NCBI GenBank assembly: GCA_964035545.1
Contig: OZ037773.1
Coordinates: forward strand, 6,787,751 to 6,851,750
DNA length: 64,000 nt
Source: Bugula neritina
Taxonomy: Eukaryota; Animalia; Bryozoa
Reading direction: 5' to 3'
The notes under the pieces were generated by a model, which had not been told where the DNA came from, did not search any database, and worked only from the letters and a program-made list of their open reading frames with translations. The translations under genes and the position numbers were made by a program. This document shows, one piece after another, positions 1 to 12,900 of this stretch; the first letter of the stretch is position 1, and every line of letters begins with the position of its first letter.

Positions 1-977
1 AACTTTTTAAAATAAATTTTACAAAATTTAATTGAGACTTTTCATCTTTTGATATCATTTTTGCTGGTTTCCTTTGAAACTTATATTGCACCCAAGTCTT
101 TCAGCTAGTTGAATCAAATCAATAATTTACATGTCTTAAAATCGTACCACATAGCTAAGTTGCAACTTGATAGAATGATAGACTCAAGATGATTTGAACA
201 GTTTGTTGCTAAATACTACAGCAGCTTGAGGGAGATTAGACTGTGTGCCAGGGTTTGTACGAGTATATAAGCATGAACCTCGGTAAGTAGGTGTAGGTTT
301 TCAAAGGAGTTCTGCCTATTCTTACTTTATTGCTTTCGACAGTTCTTAGGTGAAATAATTTAAATGAAAGTCATATGAAAAGGAAACCAGCTATACATCG
401 CGAGGACACTCAAATAGAGCAGTTGTTGAATAAACACAGAACACAGGTTTGTTACTGTACATGCACAATGCACATGCATGATATTGTGGAGATGTATGCC
501 GTTTTATTATAGGTATAAAGCCAAGGCATGCATTGGAACTGGAAATTAAAGACAGAAAACATGAAGATAGATGAGAAAATAAATATCATTCATTAAATTC
601 GAAGGTGCAAATAAATAAAACCCTGCAATCTGCATAAATTGCAAACTAAAATGGACAATTGACTAAATCAGGATCATTCAAAGTAGAATATGCTACTAGT
701 ACTTGGACTCCATGAATAAGTTCTGAATAGAATCTGTACATCTATAAGATGCAACGCAAATATCTATCAGAAGAATAAAAATGGAGCCAAATCGATTGCA
801 CGCGCGTTATGTAATAGCATAAGGTCAGTTCTGTACAAGATATATGTACAATAAACTCAAAAACTTAGCGCTTAGGCAGCATATGCATTAAATACTAAGT
901 TATTCAACTACAATACAAGTCTCAAGCTGACTCAGGCTAATCTCAAAACAGATCCTATAAGGAAGAAGATAGACCAA

Positions 978-3900
978 TCACGGAACTGGTCTCATAAGTT
1001 TCGCTTTTCCTGTCGCGGTATCATATCGGACATTGGAGTAGAAGTCATGTGACAGGTCGTCTTGACTGTGGCTCTTCACTAACGCGGCTGGGTACCTAAA
1101 GACAACATTTCATAGAGCTAATTGGCTGACAACAGCAGTGGTAAATATATGTAATATAAACATAGTTCTCAACAACAGAGTCTTTAACCCAACAGCCACC
1201 TAGTCAACTTTAAAAATTATCAAGTATTTAATTAACAATTTGATTAACTGTTTTACAGCAGTATATTTTTATTAGTTTATTTTTTTCGAGTGAATCATAT
1301 AATGCTAAAAACCTGCAAATTTCTATCTTGTATACAAATATTTGATGCAACATACATATAGACCCAGTATAATATCCTTCTGTAAGTAAACTGTAGTTGG
1401 AATAACATAATCAACTTTCAGTTATAGATGAAACAGAAAATCTTAGCTCAACTATAATAAGGATGTAGGAAATCCGATTATTCAAGAAAGAATGTGAGAC
1501 ATGTGCTTTGAAAGAGAAATGCGTAGTGAATGAAAGACATATAACCCTTGATAACTTCCAGGAAAATAATTTTGTTACTTTTCCCACATAAATTTGCCTA
1601 GTCTTACTAAAATTGAACTCTCGGTTGAGGCAGAGTGACTGTGCATATTGTAGTCTACGTGAACCACTTCAACCGGCACTAGGAAAGAAACGTGGAACTT
1701 TGGCTGAATTATTTCCTATCAGTTATTATTCTACAGAATATGTACAGCTTCATACACCTAAATAAACGACGGACACAGCCTAACTTTGCAGTCAGAAATA
1801 TGCTAGATTTTTAGGTTATTAAAACAGGATGCAGCTAAAGATAGTGGAAATAAACTGTGACCGTAATCACTTACAATGATAAAGCAACTAGTTTGACTGA
1901 GTAATGGTCCGTTAGGACATCAACAGATGCAAAAACTCAAAACATTTGAAAATAGAAAATTGTGTGAAGATTGAGGAAATGTGCCAGCAAAGTCTGCAGT
2001 GCTTTGTTGCTAGGCAACCTGTCTAGAGCATCACCCAGAGTGCAGTAAATGATAAGCACGGAGCCATATATTCACCAAGTTGGTACGAAACGCTTTCCAG
2101 TTGTCTTCCCTTTCACAAAGGCTCTGGTAATTTGTTTAACGGACTTTCCATTCTGTACAGATGTCTTTGGAAGTTCATCATCATGTTTTGGAGGAGAAGA
2201 ATTTTCAGATAATTTGCATTTTGGAACTTCTTTTACATGTTGGGAAAGTTTGATGAGTGACTTGCTAAGATTACGAGAACGAAGCAAAGCACGGCCAGCG
2301 GCGTTCTTCTTATTAACAGACGTGTTTGAGCAGCTGGAGTTGTCTGACTTTTTATAACAAGTCTCAGGAGGCGGTGCTTCATGTTCTACTTTAAAATTAT
2401 TTTCAGCGGATGGAATTGTAACCTCCAGTTCAGTCTTATTGTTTGATTTATTGACTCCAGTGTTTGCCTTACTAAGTGTATTGTATCTAATGTCATGCGT
2501 GTTGTGAGTTGTCTTCTCCCTTAGATGTTGCAAGTGCATTACTTTGTTGCTTAGCAACTGGACAGAATCTGAGTGAGTAAGGGGCGTGGCTACAGCTTCT
2601 GTGAATAGAGCTGTAGTTGAGGGCGGTGCTTTAGTGCATGTGGGCGGATCTTCAGTACATGGAGGCGGTTCTTTAGTACTTGCTACCTTCAATTGCTGAC
2701 TATTAACAAAATTAGTAAAGACTTTCTTGTATCTTGCTGTAATACAATTTTCAGCTCTGCTCATTTAATATAATGTCACAGCTGCATTCATTTCAATAAT
2801 GGGACACAATATTAACTGGTAACTTTCATCTTTCACTCACTGTATGTCATATTTTGAGCACAAAGCAAAACAAAATGAACAAAAGTTTTTTCAAGCCACT
2901 ATTATTTTTATTAGCAAGAAATGTCGTTAATTGTTTACTATCAACTGCGGAACTCTGAATTACTATTCGCTTGTGATACCAAACCATTACGCATATGAAA
3001 ACTAAGAAGCATTGTGGTGAATAAATGAAGCAAATCTAGAATTGAGAGAAAAAAGCCATGCTGATGTCATTAAATTACAAATAGTGAGGTGGAGATAGAA
3101 GAGAATGAAGGCTGTGAAATATGTTTCATTAGCAGAGACTGACTGACTGACTGACTGACTGACTGACTGGTAGACATGGTAAACAACCTAACTCCAACAA
3201 CAACGTCAGGTAACTAAACTTTTTACTGTAGATGGTGCTTGGACTTTTGAAGGTAAAAATCAATGACTGAGATGCAGCTGATAAAAAACCTTAAAGTATA
3301 ATAAAACATCTTTATGACTTTTGAGATATACAAAAAATATCTAAACACATTCTTTTAAATTTTTAAAAGTATTAAAGCAAAACTCATGCCAAGGAATGCA
3401 AAGTTAATCTATTTTCAACCTGCATAGTCTGCTATGACAGACATAAACACAGAGTAGCTGCTACATACTAGAACTGTTGACAAACCTTGAAATGTTTCTG
3501 TGTGGATGAGCCGTAGCTGGTTTAGTTGGAGGTGAGCGGGGAGGTCGGGGCGCGTATGACACGCTCCCACCCTCGTAGTCTTGAACTCGCTTTGTAGCAG
3601 CATGAGCCTGAGCTACCATGGCCTGGTGTTTAGCTTTACTGGCTTCAAGTAGAGCTGTGAATATACAATTCTAAGTGAGTAAACCGACCACCAAAACTGC
3701 ATGCCTGTCAAACCAGACATGAGTTATGCAAAATGTGACAGAAGTAACAGGTGCTATATTTGAATTCACTGACACTTTATGACAAGTGGTGTTCATAACT
3801 TTATTGTTTAAAAATTGTTAGAAGCCTGAAATGTAATAATACTAAACTTAAGCACACTTGAAAGATTAGAATGTATAAACATAAATACAAAACAATTTTT

Positions 3901-6900
3901 TATTCAGTTTAAAATAGACCAGAGTTACTATCTTATTTTTACATCCGTTTTGTTCAACATGTCAAACAATGTTTTAAGCTTGACTATTTTAAATAGAATA
4001 AACAAAATTAAAATAAAATAACAATTAGCATCTATCTGAATGATATAATTTTTTATATAAAAATAGCAAAGTTAGATTATTTTGCCTTCATGCGAATAAA
4101 GATACAATTTAATTGAAAACATTCAATGATATAGTCAGATTTTATGCTACTAAGTAATATAAAAGCAGTTCTCGTTACCAGTTAGATTATTAAACAGTTT
4201 GTGAGAAAGATTGATAATTATCACACATATAGTATAAACTCCGCCCACCTTTACTCTGCTGCATCAGCTGCTCTTGTTTATCAAATTCACTCTGCTTGAG
4301 CATCGCAAACTGTGCGCTCTGACGACTAGGCTTAAATTGGCCACTAGGAGTCACTCCTGTAACTCTAGAGTAAGCGTCAGCAGCCAAGTCACTGCTATAG
4401 GGGGAGGTAGTGCTGTCACCAGTACCATTTACTGAGGCTGTAGGATCCCCGGCAGAGCCTCTCCTTGTTCGTCTGCATAACAGACTAGAAGTTAGTTGCA
4501 AGCAAAGTTTGCAAATTATGAAGGTCCTTCTCACTCTGAGTGAGTGTTGCATAGAAATTGCTAATTAAGCAGCACCAAAGGGAATATTCATTTGACGTTA
4601 TGTATAAATTAAATTTTCACATAAAGAAGTACACAGTAGCCTAACCTCATAAAAAAAATGCAAAACATGGTTGATAGAGTTGAAAATAAAGTTTTGCAAA
4701 AACATAGTGCATTTGAAACTGAAAACAACTATTTTTTATAAATGATCATTTTACATTAGACAATAAAATTAGACAACCATCTTCAGATTATTTTAGGAGA
4801 CGGAAAAGAAAACCCCAAAGATTTTATTGAATGATAAGATAAAGAACTAACAGTCTGCTTTGCTCTTCCAATTCAGCAACTCGGTTTCTAGCAGAAGCAT
4901 GTCGGCTGCGCTTAGAACTTTCTGGATCTGGGAAAAATTAAAATAGATAAAACTAAAATGAGTGTTACAACGACTTATTGTATAAGGATTGAGTAGTAAG
5001 TGACTGAGTGAGTGAGTGAGTGTGTGAGTGAGTGAGTGAGTGAGTGAGTGAATGTGTGAGTAAGTGAGTGAGTGAGTGAGTGACAGAGAGAGTGAGTGAA
5101 TGTGTGAGTGAGTGAGTAAGTGAGTCATTAGAATGAGTGAGTTGGGCAAGATTTGAATACTTAGTAGCGAGTTACATTGAACAGGCAGTAAGTGAATCAT
5201 ATTGAATTAATCACACAAACTTTGCTATAAAATACCTAATTTGAAATTCTCACTTTTAAAATTGACATTCATAAGCAATTATTCAAAAAATTAGATCGGC
5301 AATTTCAATTAAATGATATCATATTTATATAAGGTCCTGTGGTGTGTCTTTAAGCTAATGCAATGAAAATAAAACAAATTTTAATAATTATTTTTTCTGT
5401 AAATAAAGTGTGACGTATTGCATACAAATAACTCTACAATCAATATCAGAAGATATGATACCATACAAAGTTGAAGGCATACCATTGACTGAGGTTTGTT
5501 TTGCCTTGTCTGAGGGATATATCTTGCCAGTCCTAGGAACATTAGACGTGTAGTAATTTCTCTCCTGCTGGCGAGTGGTCAACTCTTGAAGGGCTTGGTT
5601 CACATCTTCCATGCTGTCTTCAAATGCTACAACTCATACAGGAGTAGGAATATCATCAGAGAGTTCAGGAAACCAGCGGCAGCAATAGAAGCAGCAGCAG
5701 TACAAGTTTCATCAGAACTTTCACACCTCTACTATAATTCACTATAGTCACATAGTTTTAGTTACAGTAGACATGCATTTTATATTAGCGTTTCACTATA
5801 AGCAGATATTATAATTATGGGCTGAAATGCTATAAAATTTTATCTTTCTATAGAGTTTGATTCTTCAGTGGCAACTCATAATTAAAAAACCAAAATTAAT
5901 TTAATTGCCAAATATGATCCAATAATTTGTCTGATGAAGTTAGCGAGGAGAAGGTTGTGCAATTCCATGGAAATAATTAAAAATGTTCATATTTTGGCAC
6001 TATAATACACGATCTCAAGCTGTTTTATTTTCATAGACATTATAACTAAAAATACATGACTTCCAAGAGTTATATAATAATAATGTTTTGCTAAAACGAC
6101 TGACATAAAATTACTGTTGCATCCGTAGAACATAATCAAGAGAGTGGTAAAGGATTTGCACAACAATGATACATAAAAAGAAGATAAGTTCTCACCAGAT
6201 TTGACAACATTCTCTGGCATTTGTTGAGGACGGTTTAGACTTGCGGAAGAAGGTCTGTTCCTTAGAGACGTGGTGCTGGCTGTAATATATGGTAGTATTA
6301 CATAGATATACTACAGACTGTAATATATGGTAGTATTACATAGATATACTACAGGCTGTAATATATGGTAGTATTACATAGATAGGCTACAGGCTGTAAT
6401 GTAGTAGACTATAATATTGTAACTTTTTAAATGTAAAACTTTAGTTTATGAGAAAATTGTTTATTCAAACCAGTTGTTTTTAAGATAAAAATTAGAAATC
6501 TGCCATCTTCTTATTGATATTATTGTATTCGTTACAATTAATTAAATTACAATATTTTTATATATATTGTATTAAATTTTGACATATGGAGTTAGCAAAC
6601 ACAATCAACTCATTCAATTGCAATATTTAATAGTATATAATTTTATACATTATACTAAATATAGCATTCCATAATAACACAGTTATATTGTTGGAAAATA
6701 CAGATTTTGTAGCGCAGGTTGTAAGACAATTTTAGACTTATTATTTGACAACTATAAACTATAACTGAATGTGAAGAACTTTAGGAGTTGCACCCACCTG
6801 TTCTGCTAGCTGAGAGTGCAGAAGATGGCCGTTGCCTTGGCTGGGTGCTGGACATCTTCCCTGAGTAAATGTACACAGCATTCTGAAAGCTAGACTTAGC

Positions 6901-9900
6901 TACTGCTGATGTAGACGGGTCCCTGCTCTTTAAACCAATATCACCTCCCATATCACTATGTGTTGATACACTTGAAGATTTTGGACTATTAGTGATATCG
7001 TCTCTCCACGTTCCTGTACCTACATCATAGCAAACTTATTTATAAAACTTGATAATATCAAACAACCTATAAATTAAGAATTAAAGTTACTATACAATCC
7101 TAAACCTATGGCGTGAATGATAAACAATCTCCTTTTAGTGAAAGACAACTCCTAACATGGTTCAGTTTAATGATTCAAATGAAAACATATATTTGTGAGT
7201 AGATAAGTTAATTAAATAGTCTGATAATTGAGCAAGGCTTACAGTTTAAACATAAATTATATAATTAATAAATTAACAGGAATAAGAGCTCAGCAAGCAG
7301 TGGGTTGGAATGATGAGTCATGTCTGTCCAAACAATTGAGGGAATTCAGTGCTGTACAGAAGTTATATAACCTCGTAGACCACACACATTGATTAGGGTG
7401 TGGCTTCAAAGGGATAATGACGGTGACATGCTTATTAGTGTACACGGGCACCGGTATATATTACAGAAACATGTCAACATGCTGATAACAGAACTATTGA
7501 ATAAAAAAGTATGCACATTAAAAGTTGTCTCCCCATTGCTCCCGAACTAGGTGAATTAAAATTAGGAAAAACCAGAAAAAAACCAACAGCATAGAATTTT
7601 TAAATTCTTTTGAATGCCCTGAAAAAATACTTTGCTTGTTTTAATAACTTAGTTTTTTTCAGCCAATAGGAAATTGTTTACTATCAAGTTTTGACTAAAT
7701 TACCTACCGTTGGCAATTCAAACAAAACATATACCACAACATTTATCATGCAGTGACTGTAATAGTTACATATTTAAAAACTCTTTAAAATGATGACTGC
7801 CATTACCAACAAAGTTTTGGTAGACAAATTAAAACTTTTTTATTGATAAAATTTTAACATGACTTCAATTATCAACACCCAATGAATTTTGGGTTTATGT
7901 CCCCATTCTGCTAAAATACATGTTTTTTAGAGCAGCTTATTGCAATTTCTATAAGTCAAAGCAAACTTAAGATGTTAGTAAAGCATTGTGTTAACGACTA
8001 ACATGAAATTACCCCTGCTTGTTTTACAAATACTGGGTATTACAACCTTGCCGTTAAAAACACTGGGTGCATACACCCTTCGGATTTGTGCTCTCCTTTC
8101 TGAAAGGAAATATTCTTGTTTTAGCCAATAAATTGCAGCCTCCAACAAATCAAAGACTCTTATTTTTTAAAAGGAGTAGAATGTTAAGCGGCTAAGAGCT
8201 AATTATCTGTTAGCAAACACAAAGTATTCGTAAATATTCAGTTCGTTAGAAAAAAAGTGTAGGTGTTTTAAAAAAGTACACAGTATTGAGTTACATGATT
8301 TGTAGAAGGTTATCAGAATAACAGACTTAAAAATTCTAACAATTTCAAAACTAGAAAAGCTCTAGAATAAGTATAGACAGCCGAGGTGTAGAAAATATGT
8401 ATATAAAAACAAAACACTCGCAGGAGCTACAAAAATATTCTACTTACAATGATACGTATTGGCTTTCAAAGAGAGAGGATATGTAACAGCTTGTATGAAA
8501 TAAGCAACATGCTTAGACTTATGACATTTGGTTTAACTTATTTTAGAACTAAATGCTAATTACGAATACTCATTTATATATATCTACATAACAGAGTATA
8601 TAGGCAGCTGGAAGACTGTATACAACTATTACATAGTCCTTACCCTGTAATAATACTTGTAAAAGGAAAAAGAAACAGGAGATTGACAGAATTTTGGTAG
8701 CATGAATACATTTGCATTAGAAAAATAAGTTTCTTAAGAGAAAAATAAAATTTTTCTATAACTAATGCATCAAAGTTAAAGGATCTCTCCTTAATAAATT
8801 TTGACAAGATTTCAATGTTTTTTTCAATTCCAAGACATTTGCAAAAATTATATATTTTAAATTATATTATATACATAATTAGAATTAGTAATATGAAAAG
8901 GGTTGCTTTTTGGTATAACTTCAGTCTAAAATTGGTTTTAAAAAGATATTTTCTGTTTCAAAAAGATAAACTCTAATTCAAGTTTAGCTATAGAAATGAA
9001 CACATAATGTGCAGCAGAATAATTGTGAGCTCCATTACTTATGCTTTATTGGTGCCTGTAGCTGTAACTGAGCTAGAGTCGTCAGAAACAATGAAAATAG
9101 AACAGAAAATGCAAAATCAACCACCTTACAAACACCAAACAACTTTTCACCCAATGAACACCTCTGTTACTAGAAGCTTACCTTCTGCTCCATTAACAAT
9201 GACACCGTGCATGTTATTCGCCTGCTTTTGACTTGTGACTGGTCGACCTTGACCCGTGGAAGTGTTTGAATTTGTACTCTCAGTTTTCTTACTGCCGAGA
9301 AATATCGACGCTGATTTGTTAATCTTGGTGTAGGTGGTGAGGACTTGCTCAAGTTCTATTTCACTAGTAATATCGTAGACATCAAAGGTATGATAGAAAT
9401 ATAGTAGACATCAAAGGTATGATAGAAATAGTAACAAAACAAGTACAGTTAGTATCACACATACTGTGATGAATACCATATGCACATATACTATATAATG
9501 TATACTATATAGTATATACTAAATGTTTTGGACATTTTTAGATATAGGTTTTGTTGAATTGATAAGAAAATTAAGTACATCATTGTTGATCCGCACTGAA
9601 AAGATAACTTCATAACAATACTCTTTAAACTACCAATTGCAACCACACAACGTTGAATTTTCCTACCTCCTGACACACAAGGAAGAGTAGCTGAGTGTAA
9701 AATTTTTTTCATCTTTTTTTCAATCTCTTTTATAAGCACCAATAAGCCATATTAAAATCCGAAATAGTTTTAAATTTAAAAAATAATAACTTTAGCAATA
9801 AGTTTAAAAATATTTCACACTTGATCACACATATATTTATCTGTACAACACTGAGAGTTGTGCTCTATCAAGGAGCAGCAGAAGGAATCCCACTTACGAG

Positions 9901-12900
9901 GCAGAGCTTACAAACTCCTCTGTTTGACTCTGACCAATTCTTCTGTCATTGGCTATTGCTAGGAAGTCCCGCCTACTACTTGCAGTGTGCAGATTGTCTG
10001 TCTCTTTACTGTATATGTGTACAAAGTCGCCCAGCTAAAACATTAAATTAAGTCAGCACCAACAATGCATTCGTAGCTGTAACTTCTAATAAAGCAGACG
10101 ATATAGCGTTCAGCTCAATTATTCTATTAGAGATTATTTACACACCAAGTAATACCTTGTATATGTAATAGTTGACTCTAAGACATTATTTAAAAGGGAA
10201 CAAGGAAAAATATGACCAATTTTTGCAGTTTCTATGCTTTATTTACTAAATTGTTGCATTAAAGCAATTTTTATGAAAAAGAACTGCACAGAAAGTGTTG
10301 ATAGAGTTCTCTCCATATACTGACGTTATTAGTATAGAGCACATGCTCTGCTTTGCTAGAATAAGTAGAGAACACCTGCTCTGCTTTGCTAGAATAAGTA
10401 GAGAACACCTGCTCTGCTTTGCTAAAATTAGTAAAGAGCACCTGCTCTGCTAAAATTAGTAAAGAGCACCTGCTCTGCTAGAATTAATATGGAGCACCTG
10501 CTTTGCTAGAATTCTTCTCCTGTCATTGAGAGGAAGGCGTCGGGCTGGAACAACTACTTTAAATGGTTGCGTCAGATTCACTGCGGCCCTCTTCAGAAAC
10601 CTGAGCACCAAGTCCTGAAAAAGTAGTGAGACACAATATTAATTATTATTCTATATAACAGTTGAGTTTATGAACCCTAAAATATGCTGAAACTAGCAAG
10701 CTCAAGTTTCACCAAGAAAATTTGTCTCCCCAATATTTGTCTCTTGATTTATTTCCAACCAATGGGAAAACATTTCTTCATCAAATGTGTAATACACTAC
10801 ATTTTAATAAGGCAGCAGGTTAGACACAAAAGAGAAAGCAACTCTAATGAATGTCAAATCACGAATATTCGTCAATCTAATGACTGCAATATTTGTGTTT
10901 CGCTTAATCTCTGTCCAATTAAATTGCATGATTTTAAAATAATATTTTCAATAATAGAAATAAAATCTGACCACCAAATACTTAATATCTTGGCCAATAG
11001 GAACACAGATCCACAAGTGATTTCATTGCTTGTATTTTACAGCAAATTTTTTGTCATTTAGAAAGTCTACTAGATCATTCTAGAACCAAACAAGAAACAA
11101 ACCATTTGGTCATTGGCTATTTCCAGATCTTCTTCTCCCATATTCTTAGATGTCTCGGACATGAGTCTATACTGTACTCTGGTCAGGTAAGTAGCAAAGA
11201 TAAGTCTGGCTTGAGCTTTGCTACAACCATATACATAAAGCCTTTATTCAAAACAATGGTTGAGATAAAACTGTCAGAGTTTATATAGACAGAAGCTTTG
11301 AGCTGTTGGGAGCAACTAAAAATTTTAGCAGGTCTTTGAGACAATGAGAGAAAATGCATGTGTGCACCAGTGTGTGTGAAAGTGTGCGTGAAAGTGTGTG
11401 TGGAAGTGTGAGTGGAAGTGTGTGTGGAAGTGTGTGTGGAAGTGTGTGTGAGTGAGTGTGTGAGTGAGTGAGTGAGTGAGTGAGTGAGTGTGTGAGTGAG
11501 TGAGTGAGTGAGTGAGTGAGTGAGTGAGTGAGTGAGTGAGTGAGTGAGTGAGTGAGTGAGTGAGTGAGTGAGTGAGTGAGTGAGGGAGTGAGTGAGTAAA
11601 AGAGGAGAGAATTAAAGAGAGAGGTGAGAAAGAAAGAAAAGAACTGTTATAGAATAGCAGACTCACGTGAGAAGGCAGCCCCGTTTCAACTCCTTGACTA
11701 AGTCCAGTTTCACCTTGACCTTCTTGTCCTTTTGTTCAGAATTCTTGAGGTCAGCAGTACTACTGCTGCTGTCAGCGGGTTCCTGACGCTGCTGAACTGG
11801 TTCAACCATGGCTATGGGTCTATTATCAGATGTCATACTACTCTGTTGAATATCGTGCTGAGGAGGGAGATTGGAGGCGGGGTTGGAGGCGGTACCCTGG
11901 TGATCTTCTGCTACACCTTGACGTAATGCTCCAGAGATTTTGATCTCCTTCTCACTATCTGAGTCTATTATGAACAGAAAAATTTGCGTATCTCCATATT
12001 TAGAAACATATGTTAGAAAAAGAATTTATAATTATTTGTGGTTAATGTTATACAAGTGAATTTCAGATTTGCAACACCAAATATATCATAGTTACTTCCA
12101 GCTTAAACAGAATTTCAACCAGAAATTAAAATTGCTAAACCGAATATTTTATAACAAATAACATCTAGTGATGAAAGTTATTAGGTTAAGATAATCTAAG
12201 CTACGCACCACTGAGATCTAATAAATGTTTACAATAAACATAATGCATGAACAAAAAAGGCATATACCAGAGTTGTCTTCTGCTTTGGGGGCTTTGGAAG
12301 GAGAATGTTTTCGCCGTCTGAGTGACACCGCATGACCTAGTTTCCTTTCATAGAACATTGACCTTTGTATGCCTCCAGTAAGGAACCTCTCCATCTAGTG
12401 GACAGGAAATAGAATCTTACTACAGTTGCTAAGCAGCAACAAACATTCGATGGAGTGACATAAATAGTTCGATAGACAGAAAGGGCTGTAAAATTGTATT
12501 TATCAGGTAATGATATTATGGTATAGTAATTCTACCCCTTAGCTAGATTCTACAGCAAAACATAAGCTAGCAATTACAACCTCATCAGCTAAATAGTACA
12601 TGCTTTGATCACAATACTATAAATGGGCTATTATTAGTCTATAACATTTTTTCCAAATGTTATAGACTAATAATGCTAACACCTTCATCCTTCAAATACT
12701 TAGGACTAAAAAATATTTCTATCAATTTTTAAATTCACAATTAGAATTATTTTAAATCTAATGAAATCCAACTAACATTTGCCGAAGAGATCAAACTTAG
12801 GTGCTGTTAGCCAATGTTTCAAATTATAACTAAATGGAAGTAAAAACACCAAACAACTTCAACACAAAAGCGGAGCATTACATACTGTATTTTCACGTGA

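Noticed and set aside
2072-2764. Independent nested 230-aa gene
   Set aside because: Better explained as an in-phase TTLL5 exon with its own acceptor (2700) and donor (2075).
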